Source of the DNA: Candidatus Entotheonellaceae bacterium
GTDB taxonomy: Bacteria > Tectomicrobia > Entotheonellia > Entotheonellales > Entotheonellaceae
Length of the DNA: 64,000 bases
Direction: 5' to 3'
NCBI GenBank assembly: GCA_965238075.1
Contig: OZ250173.1
Location: 1,824,001-1,888,000 of the forward strand
Positions 44,748 to 54,164 of this stretch are shown piece by piece (within the stretch, counting starts at the first letter, position 1; the number at the start of each line of letters is the position of its first letter). The notes below the pieces were generated by a model. The model saw only the letters and a program-made list of their open reading frames with translations, searched no databases and was not told the origin of the DNA. A program made the position numbers and the translations under genes.

Positions 44748-46406
44748 ATGGATAACGTGCAGAAGGGCAGACGGCGCGTCGGCGTGATCGTCAACGGCTC
44801 CCTGATTAACGGTTTGGAGATGAAGCTGGACGAATGGTACTCCGTGGAGGACATTCGCGCCGGCCGGTTCGTGGTCATCGAAGGCGAGAAGAGCTGCTTC
44901 TTTTGCATGGTCACCGACGTGCGTCTCGACACCACCAACCCCCAGGTGCTGGCCGACCCGCCCGACGAGGCGGAAGAGCTCATGCGCCAGGTGCTGCACG
45001 GCACGACGACCTACGGCACCGTCTGCCTGCGCCCCCTCCTGATGACGGAGAAGGACGACGTTGTCGGCGACAGACCGGGGGAACCCCACCTCGTCAAAAC
45101 CATCCCCATTCACTTTTCCGTAGTCGGCGAGGCCGAAGAGGAAGACGTCAACCACATCTTTGGCCACGAGGGCAACCCCCGCTATTTTCACATCGGCCAA
45201 CCTCTGGACATGGATACGCCGGTCTGCATCGACTTGGAAAGCTTTATCGAGCGCAGCAACGGGATTTTCGGCAAGACGGGCACCGGCAAGACCTTCCTGA
45301 CCCGCCTGATGCTGGCGGGCCTGATTCATAAAGACCGTGCAGTCAACCTCATCTTCGACATGCACAGCGAATACGGCTGGCAGGCGACGCAGGAATCCGG
45401 CAGCGGCGGGCGGCAGGGATTCGTCAAGGGCCTGAAGCAACTCTTCGGCAGCAAGGTAGCCATCTTTACCATCGATCCCGAGTCGGCCCGGCGGCGCGGC
45501 GTGCAGAGCGATTTTGTGGTCAACATCCCTTACAGCCAGATCACCGTGGAAGACATCGCCTCTCTGTCAGACGAGCTCAACCTGCACCCAACCGCGGTGG
45601 AATCGGCGTACTTGATATGGAACAAGCACGGGCGCGAGTGGCTATCCACCCTGCTAAGCCAGGAGCCTGAGCAGATCAAGGACTTTGCCGACAACGTTGG
45701 CGCACACCCGGAATCCATTTCGGCCCTCCACCGCAAGCTCAAACGCCTGGAAAAATTCGACTTTCTGCAAAAGCAGGTGCACGAGGACGCCGTCTACAAA
45801 ATCATGGAGTTCCTTGGCAAGGGCATGCACATCGTCCTGGAATTCGGCCAACAAAGCAGCTTCCTGTGCTACATGCTGGTCGCCAACATCCTGACCCGCC
45901 GCATCCACGACCTCTACGTCAGGAAAACCGAGCAATACCTCGCCACCCACCAGCCGCAGGACAAGCCGAAGCAGCTCATCATCACCATCGAAGAGGCGCA
46001 CAAGTTTCTCAACCCGGTTGCCGCCCGACAGACCATCTTCGGTACCATTGCGCGTGAAATGCGCAAGTATTTCGTCTCCCTGCTCATTGTCGATCAGCGG
46101 CCCTCCAGTATCGATGATGAAATCCTGTCGCAGGTGGGCACCCGCATCACCGCGCTGTTGAACGACGAGAAGGACATTGGCGCCGTGCTCACCGGCGTCA
46201 GCAACGCCAGTTGGCTACGCGGCGTCCTGGCAAGCCTGGATTCCAAGCAACAAGCCCTGCTCATGGGACACGCCGTGCCGATGCCGGTCGTCATCCGCAC
46301 GCGAGACTACAATCCCGCCTTTTACAGCGCGCTGGGGTACGTGGAGGGCGAGGACCTGACCCGCAAAGCCGAGTCCAACATCGCGGATCTGTTCGGCGAC
46401 CGGTAG
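44748..46406 (+). CDS. herA: HerA/FtsK-like ATPase (DUF87)
   Basis: HAS-like N-terminus, GKTGTGKT, FDMHSEYG, IEEAHKF, AREMRKY, DQRPS. Confidence 0.92.
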   Translation: MDNVQKGRRRVGVIVNGSLINGLEMKLDEWYSVEDIRAGRFVVIEGEKSCFFCMVTDVRLDTTNPQVLADPPDEAEELMRQVLHGTTTYGTVCLRPLLMTEKDDVVGDRPGEPHLVKTIPIHFSVVGEAEEEDVNHIFGHEGNPRYFHIGQPLDMDTPVCIDLESFIERSNGIFGKTGTGKTFLTRLMLAGLIHKDRAVNLIFDMHSEYGWQATQESGSGGRQGFVKGLKQLFGSKVAIFTIDPESARRRGVQSDFVVNIPYSQITVEDIASLSDELNLHPTAVESAYLIWNKHGREWLSTLLSQEPEQIKDFADNVGAHPESISALHRKLKRLEKFDFLQKQVHEDAVYKIMEFLGKGMHIVLEFGQQSSFLCYMLVANILTRRIHDLYVRKTEQYLATHQPQDKPKQLIITIEEAHKFLNPVAARQTIFGTIAREMRKYFVSLLIVDQRPSSIDDEILSQVGTRITALLNDEKDIGAVLTGVSNASWLRGVLASLDSKQQALLMGHAVPMPVVIRTRDYNPAFYSALGYVEGEDLTRKAESNIADLFGDR

Positions 46407-46435
46407 CGCCGTACCGGAGAGGATGGCATTTCGAT

Positions 46436-47668
46436 ATGCTCCACCTGCTGCACCTCGCCGACATCCATTTTGGCATGGAAAACCACGGCCGCCTCGACCC
46501 CGCCAGCGGGCTGAACCGCCGCCTGCTCGACTTCACCCGCTCGGTGCACACGGCGATTGATTACGCCCTCGACCACGACGTCCATCTCGCCATTTTCGCC
46601 GGCGATATCTACAAACACCGCGACCCCGACCCCTCCTGGCAACGCGCTTTCGCCGGATGCGTGCGACGCCTGGCCGAGGCCGAGATTCCCGTGGTCATCC
46701 TGGTCGGCAATCACGACCAGCCGAACACCTTCGGCAAAGCCCACGCCGTGGAAATCTTCGATACCCTTGGACTTCCCCGCGTGACGGTCATTAACAAGCC
46801 GAAACTGCACACGATCGCGACAGCCGCCGGCCCCGTGCAGGTCGCGGGCTTTCCCTATATGACGCGCAGTTTCATGCTGTCGCGCGAACAGTACAAAGCG
46901 CTCTCGATCGCCGACGCTCACCGGTTGATGGTCAAGCAGGCCGAAGAAATCCTGCGTTCCCTGGCGGCGCAACTCGACCCCTCGCTGCCGGCTGTGCTCA
47001 CCCTCCACGGCAGCGTGTCCAACGCCATCCTCAGCTCCGAACAAAGCATCATGATGATAGGGCACGATCCGATCATACCGCTCAGTATCCTGACCAATCC
47101 CGCCTGGGATTACGTCGCCCTGGGGCATATCCATCGCCATCAGGACTTACACCACGGGGCGCAGCCGCCGGTGGTGTATGCGGGCAGCATCGAGCGCATC
47201 GATTTCGGCGAGGAAAAGGAAGACAAAGGGTTCGTGTGGGCGCAGGTCGAAAAGGGGCATACCACGTTCACCTTCATTCCCGTGCCGGCGCGGCGCTTCG
47301 TCACCCTGCGCCTGGATGCTCGAAACGGCGACCCGGTTCAGTTACTGGAGGAAGGGCTGGCCACACACGATATCGACGACGCCATCGTGCGGGTTATCGT
47401 CACCATACCTGCCGAACACACCGCTCCCTTCGACGAGCGCCGGATGCGCGAGCGCCTTCGGTCCGCCTATCTCGTCGCCGGCATTGTCAGGGATGAGGTG
47501 CGCGGCCCGGCGCGCACGCGCGATTCCGGTCTGACCGAAACGCTGACACCGCTGCAGGCCATGGAGCGCTACCTGCAAAGCCGCCCGGAATACGCCGACC
47601 GCCAGCAGGCTCTGCTGGAACGCACGCAACGGTTGCTCCAGGAAATGCAGGAGGAACTCCTGGCATGA
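46436..47668 (+). CDS. sbcD: SbcD/Mre11 nuclease
   Basis: ADIHFG, AGDIY, GNHD, ALGHIH, YAGSIERIDFGE. Confidence 0.95.
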   Translation: MLHLLHLADIHFGMENHGRLDPASGLNRRLLDFTRSVHTAIDYALDHDVHLAIFAGDIYKHRDPDPSWQRAFAGCVRRLAEAEIPVVILVGNHDQPNTFGKAHAVEIFDTLGLPRVTVINKPKLHTIATAAGPVQVAGFPYMTRSFMLSREQYKALSIADAHRLMVKQAEEILRSLAAQLDPSLPAVLTLHGSVSNAILSSEQSIMMIGHDPIIPLSILTNPAWDYVALGHIHRHQDLHHGAQPPVVYAGSIERIDFGEEKEDKGFVWAQVEKGHTTFTFIPVPARRFVTLRLDARNGDPVQLLEEGLATHDIDDAIVRVIVTIPAEHTAPFDERRMRERLRSAYLVAGIVRDEVRGPARTRDSGLTETLTPLQAMERYLQSRPEYADRQQALLERTQRLLQEMQEELLA

Positions 47669-50600
47669 TTCCGCTCAGCCTGCGACTGCGGAATTTCATG
47701 AGCTATGGCGAGCATGTGCCACCCCTCAATTTCACCCCCATCACTACTGCTTGCCTCACGGGTGACAACGGACACGGCAAATCGGCCCTGCTGGACGCCA
47801 TCACCTGGGCGCTCTGGGGCCAGACGCGCGCCAAAAACCTCGACGACATCGTGCGCCTCGGCCAGGAGGAATGCGAGGTCGAGTTCGTCTTCGACCTCGA
47901 GGGCGACCGCTACCGCGTGCTGCGCAAGCGCAGTCTGCGGACCCGCAGCGGCCTCTCAGCTCTCGAACTGCACGGCTTCGACCCGGCGGCACAAAGCTAC
48001 CGCGCCCTGAGCGGCAACTCCATCCGCGAGACCGAAGCCAAAATCGCGCAAATCCTGCACATGAACTACGACACGTTCGTCAACTCGGTGTTCATCCTGC
48101 AAGGCCGGGCCGATGAATTCACCACCCGCCGTCCCGGCGAGCGCAAACGTATCCTGTCGGAAATACTGGGCTTGTCCGTTTTCGATGAGCTCCAAACACG
48201 CGCCCGAATTCATCACGGCAGCCTGGACCAGGAAGCCAAGACGATCGCCGAACATCTGCACGAGTTGCAACAACAGGTCGCGCGCAAAGCCGACCTTGCC
48301 GCCGCGGTGGATACCCACCGGAAAACACTAACCAGCTTGCAGGCCGAACTACACGAAGCCCAGAAAAACCTGACGCACCTGCAGCAACGGCAAAACGCTC
48401 TGGAATTGCAACAGCAGCGGCTCCAGGACGTGTCCCGACGCTTGCAGCAACTCCGTCAGGAACAGGGCGATCTGGCTCCGCAATTGGCCCTTCACCGTCA
48501 GCATCTCGCCGATTATGAAACCCTGCTGAAACAGGAACAAGCCATCACCACCGCCTATCAAGCATTGCAACAACTCCGCGACCAGGAACGTGTCTACAGC
48601 CAACAGGCGGACGAATACGCGGCGCTAAACCAGAAGCGCACAACCCTGCAACATGCCGTCGCATCGGCCCGCCAGCGCCTCGACATCCAACTGCAGAACG
48701 CCGAGCAGCGGGGCACGGAGATCGACGCGAAACGCCGGGATTGCGAGGTCATCGTGCTAGAGGAGCCGTGCATCGTGCAGGCATACGAGGCATTGCAAGC
48801 GGCCCGCCGACGCGATGGTGAAATGGCCCAGACACTGCAACAACGATACGTCCGGGAGCAGGAGAAGGGCCAGATTGAATTGAGCATCCAGCAGAAACGG
48901 CACGCACTGGAGCTGGAACAACGCTCCCTCCTGGACAGGCAGAAGGAATACCAGCGGAAGGAAGCCACGCTGCCGACCTGGCAGGAACAGACGGAGCAAT
49001 TGCGCCAGCAACTGGGCAACGTCGAACAGCAGGCACTGCAACTTGAGGGAGTGCGTGCAGCCGGCGCGACGCTGACATTTCAACTCGACCACGCCCTGCC
49101 GCAGAAGCACGATGCGTTGCGTACGGAAATCAGGGACTACGAGGGCAAACGTCTGCTGATTGAGAGTGCCGAGGCGCACTGCCCTTTGTGCGAAAACGCC
49201 CTGACCGATCAGGAACGGCACCGCGTGATGCGGAAGTTGAAGCTGGAAACCGAGCAGCGCGAGCAGCGCATCCGCGACATGCAGGACGAACGTAATCAGT
49301 TACAGGCGCGGCAGCAGGAACTGCATCTGACGTACAAGCAGTTAGAAGAGCAAATCAAGCAGGGCAGGACGCTCACACAACAGCTTGCCGCCGCGCAGGC
49401 AGGCCTCGAAGAGGCCACACGCGCCCGCGACCACTGCGCCGCGGTCTTGCAGGCGTTGCAAGAGATTGACGCTCAACTCGCGGCGGGCGCATACGCCCGC
49501 GAGGACTTGGCACATCTGGAACGGCTGAACATCGAGCTCGAACAACTGGCCTATGACCCCGAAGCATACGAGGCGTTGCGCGAAAAGCTGGCCCGACTCG
49601 CCGAAGCCGAGACCCGGCACCTGCAGTTGCAGCAGGCAAAGGCCGACCTGCTAACCTTAAACACCCAGCGCCAGGAGATAACCCAACAACAGGCCGTGCT
49701 GCGAGAGACCCTGACCTCAAACCGGTTCGCCCTCAGCGAGCAGCAGGAACTACAGGAAATAGCCGAGCGCCTCCAGCGCCTGGATTATCAGCCCGAACAG
49801 CACAACCTTCTGCGCCGCAAGCTGCAAGAACAGCAGGGTGTCGAACGCCCGTTCGCGCAGCTCGAAACCGCCCGCCAACACCTGAGCGAAACGCACGCCG
49901 CCCTCCAAGACCTCGAAGCTCGTCAGGCGCGTACCGATATAGAAATCGGGGCACGGGAAGAAGACCGCCAACGATTCGAGCACGAGGTGCAATCCCTCGA
50001 CGCGGTGCGCGCTGACGCCGACACCGTCGAGGACCTTGTGCGCGCGCTGCGGGAACGGGAAGGAGAGACCCGCCTCGCCTTGGGTCGTAGCCAGTCGCAA
50101 TATGAGGTGTGTTTACAGCAGGAGGCCGAGCTACAGGCACAACAACAGCAGCGGCAACGCGTGGTATCCGAACGGCAGCTCTACGACGACCTCACCCGCA
50201 TGTTCGGGAAGAACGGCATCCAAGCCATCATGATCGAGAACGCCATACCCGAGTTGGAAGAAGAGGCCAACCGCATCCTTTCCCGGGTCAGCGATAACGC
50301 CATGCACGTGACGCTCGAAACGCAGCGCGACACCCGCACTGGTGGCGTTGCCGAAACGCTCGACATCAAGATCAGCGACGACCTGGGCACCCGCAACTAC
50401 GAACTGTTCTCCGGCGGCGAGGCGTTTCGCATCAATTTCGCCCTGCGTATCGCACTGTCCCGCATGCTGGCCCGGCGCGCCGGCGCCCGCCTCCGCACCC
50501 TGGTGATCGACGAGGGCTTTGGCACCCAGGACACCCAGGGCCTCGAACGTTTGGTCGAGGTGATCAAGGCCATCCAGGACGACTTCGCCAAGATCATCAT

Positions 50601-50694
50601 CATTACCCATCTACGCGAATTGAAGAACGCCTTCGAGACCCATATCGAGGTCACCAAGCACCCCGTGCTCGGCTCTTCCTTCGAGGTGGTTTGA
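47665..50694 (+). CDS. sbcC: SbcC/Rad50 SMC-like ATPase
   Basis: GDNGHGKS, coiled coil with CPLC hook, FSGGE, LVIDEGFGTQD, ITH. Confidence 0.96.
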   Translation: MIPLSLRLRNFMSYGEHVPPLNFTPITTACLTGDNGHGKSALLDAITWALWGQTRAKNLDDIVRLGQEECEVEFVFDLEGDRYRVLRKRSLRTRSGLSALELHGFDPAAQSYRALSGNSIRETEAKIAQILHMNYDTFVNSVFILQGRADEFTTRRPGERKRILSEILGLSVFDELQTRARIHHGSLDQEAKTIAEHLHELQQQVARKADLAAAVDTHRKTLTSLQAELHEAQKNLTHLQQRQNALELQQQRLQDVSRRLQQLRQEQGDLAPQLALHRQHLADYETLLKQEQAITTAYQALQQLRDQERVYSQQADEYAALNQKRTTLQHAVASARQRLDIQLQNAEQRGTEIDAKRRDCEVIVLEEPCIVQAYEALQAARRRDGEMAQTLQQRYVREQEKGQIELSIQQKRHALELEQRSLLDRQKEYQRKEATLPTWQEQTEQLRQQLGNVEQQALQLEGVRAAGATLTFQLDHALPQKHDALRTEIRDYEGKRLLIESAEAHCPLCENALTDQERHRVMRKLKLETEQREQRIRDMQDERNQLQARQQELHLTYKQLEEQIKQGRTLTQQLAAAQAGLEEATRARDHCAAVLQALQEIDAQLAAGAYAREDLAHLERLNIELEQLAYDPEAYEALREKLARLAEAETRHLQLQQAKADLLTLNTQRQEITQQQAVLRETLTSNRFALSEQQELQEIAERLQRLDYQPEQHNLLRRKLQEQQGVERPFAQLETARQHLSETHAALQDLEARQARTDIEIGAREEDRQRFEHEVQSLDAVRADADTVEDLVRALREREGETRLALGRSQSQYEVCLQQEAELQAQQQQRQRVVSERQLYDDLTRMFGKNGIQAIMIENAIPELEEEANRILSRVSDNAMHVTLETQRDTRTGGVAETLDIKISDDLGTRNYELFSGGEAFRINFALRIALSRMLARRAGARLRTLVIDEGFGTQDTQGLERLVEVIKAIQDDFAKIIIITHLRELKNAFETHIEVTKHPVLGSSFEVV

Positions 50695-50756
50695 GCAACT
50701 ACGCTGCGGGCTTTTTTCAACTCCGCTGAATCTCTTGAATGGGAACTCGATTCTCT

Positions 50757-51512
50757 ATGGTTAGCGGCAAAGTCTATCTCGTCGGCGCGGGACCGGGCGC
50801 CGCAGACCTGCTGACCGTGCGCGCCGTCAACGTGCTGGCGCGAGCCGAGATTGTCTTTCACGACGCACTGATCAACAAGGAAACGCTGTCGCATTGCGCC
50901 GCCGGGTGCGTCCTGGTTCCGGTCGGCACGCGTGGTGGTTTTCGTGTTCCCAACCGGCAAGAGCGCATCCACGAGCTTCTGGCCGAGGCAGCCGGGCGGT
51001 ACGGCACGATCGTCCGTCTCAAGGGCGGTGACCCGTGCGTTTTCGGCCGCGGCGGCGAAGAAATGGAGTTTCTCACCGCGTCCGGCATACCGTGGGAGGT
51101 CGTCCCTGGCATCAGCGCCGGCGTTGGTGGACTCTCGCTGCTCGGCTTTCCCGTTACGCATCGGGACGTGTCGTCATCGGTGACGCTGCTGACCGGCAGC
51201 CGCACGACCACCGGCATGTTTGACGAACTACCGCTGCCGGCACCTCTCACGCCCTCCCAAACCCTGGTGTTCTACATGTCGTTCCAGCATGTCGGCAACA
51301 TTGCGCACACGCTGATGACGCGCGGCATGCCGCCGGAGACGCCGGCTCTGTGCGTTTCCTGGCTGTCGTATCCGCATCAGGCGCTGCTCACAGCGCCGCT
51401 GTCGCAGATCGGCGATGCGGTAGCTGCCTCCGAGTTGACACCGCCGTCCCTGCTGGTCGTCGGCGACGTTGTGGCGTTCTGGCAACGCCTGCAAGCTGGC
51501 AGAGACGTGTGA
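50757..51512 (+). CDS. cobA: Uroporphyrinogen-III C-methyltransferase
   Basis: VYLVGAGPG..DLLT, RLKGGDP.VFGRGGEE, VPGISA, PVTHR. Confidence 0.9.
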   Translation: MVSGKVYLVGAGPGAADLLTVRAVNVLARAEIVFHDALINKETLSHCAAGCVLVPVGTRGGFRVPNRQERIHELLAEAAGRYGTIVRLKGGDPCVFGRGGEEMEFLTASGIPWEVVPGISAGVGGLSLLGFPVTHRDVSSSVTLLTGSRTTTGMFDELPLPAPLTPSQTLVFYMSFQHVGNIAHTLMTRGMPPETPALCVSWLSYPHQALLTAPLSQIGDAVAASELTPPSLLVVGDVVAFWQRLQAGRDV

Positions 51513-51520
51513 ACCATTTC

Positions 51521-53197
51521 ATGGATCAGCAATACGTCAGCGCCATCTTTGACGAAATCGCCAATCTGCTGGAACTGCGGCGCGACGATCCGTTTCGTAT
51601 CCGCGCCTATCGACGGGCCGCGCAAGCGATCCTGTCCGTCGACGAGAGCTTGCAGGCAATCGCTCGGCGCGGTGGGCTTGAAGACATTTCGGGCATTGGC
51701 AAGACACTCGCCAGCGAAATCGACGAACTCCTCGACACCGGCCGACTGCGTTATCACGACCACCTGAAAAGTACGGTGCCCGAGGGCCTGCCGGGCCTGC
51801 TGCGCCTCCCGAGTCTGACGATCCAGCAGGCACGCACCTTGTGGCAGCAGCATCGGATCACCTCTCTGAAGCAACTTGCCCAGGCTTACCGAGCCGACCA
51901 GACGCCCCTGGACGCAGCCACGCTTGCCGTCTTGGGTAGGGACCTTGCAGCCTGGGAGCGGGGCGAGAATCGCATGTTGCTCGGCACCGCCTGCCCGCGC
52001 GCCGAAGCCCTGACGCATAACCTCGCAAAGCTCTCGACCGTTCAACAGATTGAAATTGCTGGTAGTATCCGCCGCGGCGCGATCCTGGTAGGCGATATCA
52101 ATATCGTCATGGGCTCCGAGGACCCGGAGGGCCTGATTCGATATTGCCGTCGTCAGCCGGAAGTAACCCAGATTCTTGACAGCGGAGCGACCTCAACGGC
52201 GATGCGCATCTCCGAGGGTCTGCGCGTCTCGCTCGTCGCCGTGCCGCCGACGGAATTTGGCGGCGCCCTGCTGCTGGGGACCGGTTCCGACGCCCACTTG
52301 GCCGCGCTGCAGCAGTGGGCTCAACTTCACGGCTGGTGCCTCAACGAGCGCGCCGCGGCAGAAGAAGCGGACCTGTACGAACTGCTGGGATTGCCGTTTA
52401 TCGCTCCTGAATTGCGCGAGGGCCGCGGGGAGATTGAGGCGGCGGAAGCGGACAATCTGCCGCAACTCGTGTCGCAGCAAGATGTGCTTGGCGATTTTCG
52501 CGTCGGCAGCCATTGGGGAAACGGTGCCAACGGCCTGGACCAGATTGCCCAGGCCGCTCGGAAGATGGGCTACCAATACGTGGGCATCTGCGATGCCGCC
52601 TACTCAGCCGCCACAGGCCGCGGGCTCACCCCTGGCGAACTCGAGCAGCAGATCGCTTCGATCGAGTTGATGAACGCCGCCTTGCCGGACGATTTTCGCC
52701 TGCTGGCCGGCGTGGAAGTCGACATTTCACCCGACGGCGGCCTCCAGACCCCTGCGGAACTGCTACAGACGTGCGATGTGGTGGTCGCCGCCGCACGCAC
52801 TGGCCTCAAAGAACCGCGCCGTCAACTGACCCGCCGTTTGTGCAAGGCCATGGAGAATCCACTCGTCCACATTCTGGCACCCCCGCCCGGACGCCCTCCG
52901 GGTGACCCGGAGATGCCGCCCATCGACACGGAAGCGATCCTGGAAACCGCGGCTGCCACCAATACTTGTCTGGAAATCAATAGCCACCCCCTACGCCCTG
53001 GTCTGCCGGATGTCCACGTACGCACAGCCAGGGACCGCGGCGTGATGCTCGCCCTTGGCTCCGGCGCGCAGCACATACGCGAGATGCAATCCATGGCCCT
53101 CGGCGTGACGACGGCGCGCCGCGGCTGGGCCGAACCGCGGCATCTGCTCAATACCCGGCCACTCCAGGCAGTTCTGCAGTTTCTGAAAAAGGCGTGA
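51521..53197 (+). CDS. polX: PolX-PHP fusion with degenerate active sites
   Basis: PFRIRAYRRAA, GIGK HhH, AGSIRR, TGS.AH, IAPELRE, ARRGW; catalytic Asp and PHP His/Asp ligands substituted. Confidence 0.88.
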   Translation: MDQQYVSAIFDEIANLLELRRDDPFRIRAYRRAAQAILSVDESLQAIARRGGLEDISGIGKTLASEIDELLDTGRLRYHDHLKSTVPEGLPGLLRLPSLTIQQARTLWQQHRITSLKQLAQAYRADQTPLDAATLAVLGRDLAAWERGENRMLLGTACPRAEALTHNLAKLSTVQQIEIAGSIRRGAILVGDINIVMGSEDPEGLIRYCRRQPEVTQILDSGATSTAMRISEGLRVSLVAVPPTEFGGALLLGTGSDAHLAALQQWAQLHGWCLNERAAAEEADLYELLGLPFIAPELREGRGEIEAAEADNLPQLVSQQDVLGDFRVGSHWGNGANGLDQIAQAARKMGYQYVGICDAAYSAATGRGLTPGELEQQIASIELMNAALPDDFRLLAGVEVDISPDGGLQTPAELLQTCDVVVAAARTGLKEPRRQLTRRLCKAMENPLVHILAPPPGRPPGDPEMPPIDTEAILETAAATNTCLEINSHPLRPGLPDVHVRTARDRGVMLALGSGAQHIREMQSMALGVTTARRGWAEPRHLLNTRPLQAVLQFLKKA

Positions 53198-53223
53198 GGA
53201 AACGGGGAGGGGGAGTTGCGCTT

Positions 53224-53820
53224 TCAGATGTCGCGCCGGCCTTCCAGCGAGCGGCTCAGCGTGATTTCGTCGGCGTATTCAAGATGACCACCGACCGGCA
53301 GACCATGCGCGAGGCGTGTGAGGCGGATGCCGTGGGGTTTCACGAGCCGGGCGAGATAGAGGACCGTGGCTTCGCCTTCTATGTTGGGATTGGTCGCACA
53401 AATGATTTCGTGGATGCCGCCCCGTTCCACCCGGGCCAGCAAGGCATCAATCGTCAGTTGATCGGGTCCGATTCCGTCGAGCGGCGAAAGCGCGCCCATC
53501 AGGACGTGGTACAGCCCATTGTACACCCCGGTGCGCTCGATGAGAAACACATCGCTCGGGTCTTCCACCACGCAAATGAGACCGCCGTCGCGCGACGGGT
53601 CGGTGCACAGTGCGCAGGGATCGGCCTCCGTAATGCCGCGGCAGCGCGAACAAAAGATGATTTTCTCTTTCACTTCCACAATCGCCTGAGCGAGGCGCTG
53701 AGCGCGCTCCTGTGGGGTTCGCAGGATATAAAAGGCAAGGCGCTGGGCGGTTTTCTCACCGATGCCGGGCAGGCGGCAAAGCTCTTCCATCAGGGTGGAG
53801 AGCGTACGGGGTCGGAACAT
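53224..53820 (-). CDS. recR: Recombination mediator RecR
   Basis: LPGIGEKTAQRLA, C4 zinc finger, EGEAT, LEYADEITL. Confidence 0.97.
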   Translation of the reverse strand: MFRPRTLSTLMEELCRLPGIGEKTAQRLAFYILRTPQERAQRLAQAIVEVKEKIIFCSRCRGITEADPCALCTDPSRDGGLICVVEDPSDVFLIERTGVYNGLYHVLMGALSPLDGIGPDQLTIDALLARVERGGIHEIICATNPNIEGEATVLYLARLVKPHGIRLTRLAHGLPVGGHLEYADEITLSRSLEGRRDI

Positions 53821-53839
53821 AGCGATTCCCTGTAGCAGC

Positions 53840-54157
53840 TCAGAAGAGACCGGGGATTTTCATTCCACCAGTCAGCTTGCTCATCTCGTCGGAAATCATC
53901 TCCTGAGACTTGCGCAGGGCTTCGTTAACACCAGCCAGAACAAGGTCTTCAAGCATTTCGATGTCGTCCGGGTCAACGACCTGCGGCTCAATCTTGAGGC
54001 GCAGGAGTTCATTTTTGCCGTTGACCGTGACCGAAACCATGCCACCGCCGACCGACGCCTCGACGGTCCGCTGCGCGAGTTCTTCTTGCATCTTGACCAT
54101 CTTCTGCTGCATCTGCTGGGCCTGCTTGAACAGATTGCCCATACCACCTTTCATCAT
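53840..54157 (-). CDS. ybaB: YbaB/EbfC nucleoid-associated protein
   Basis: [21 protein letters not shown]. Confidence 0.95.
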   Translation of the reverse strand: MMKGGMGNLFKQAQQMQQKMVKMQEELAQRTVEASVGGGMVSVTVNGKNELLRLKIEPQVVDPDDIEMLEDLVLAGVNEALRKSQEMISDEMSKLTGGMKIPGLF

Positions 54158-54164
54158 ATACTCC

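Noticed and set aside
44748-46406. HerA as an anti-phage system (Sir2-HerA/Nezha type)
   Set aside because: Partners are NurA, HAS barrel and SbcCD next to recA, which fits DNA repair; no Sir2 or DUF4297 effector present
48200-50200. Q/E/L-rich repetitive coding sequence
   Set aside because: Normal SbcC coiled coil
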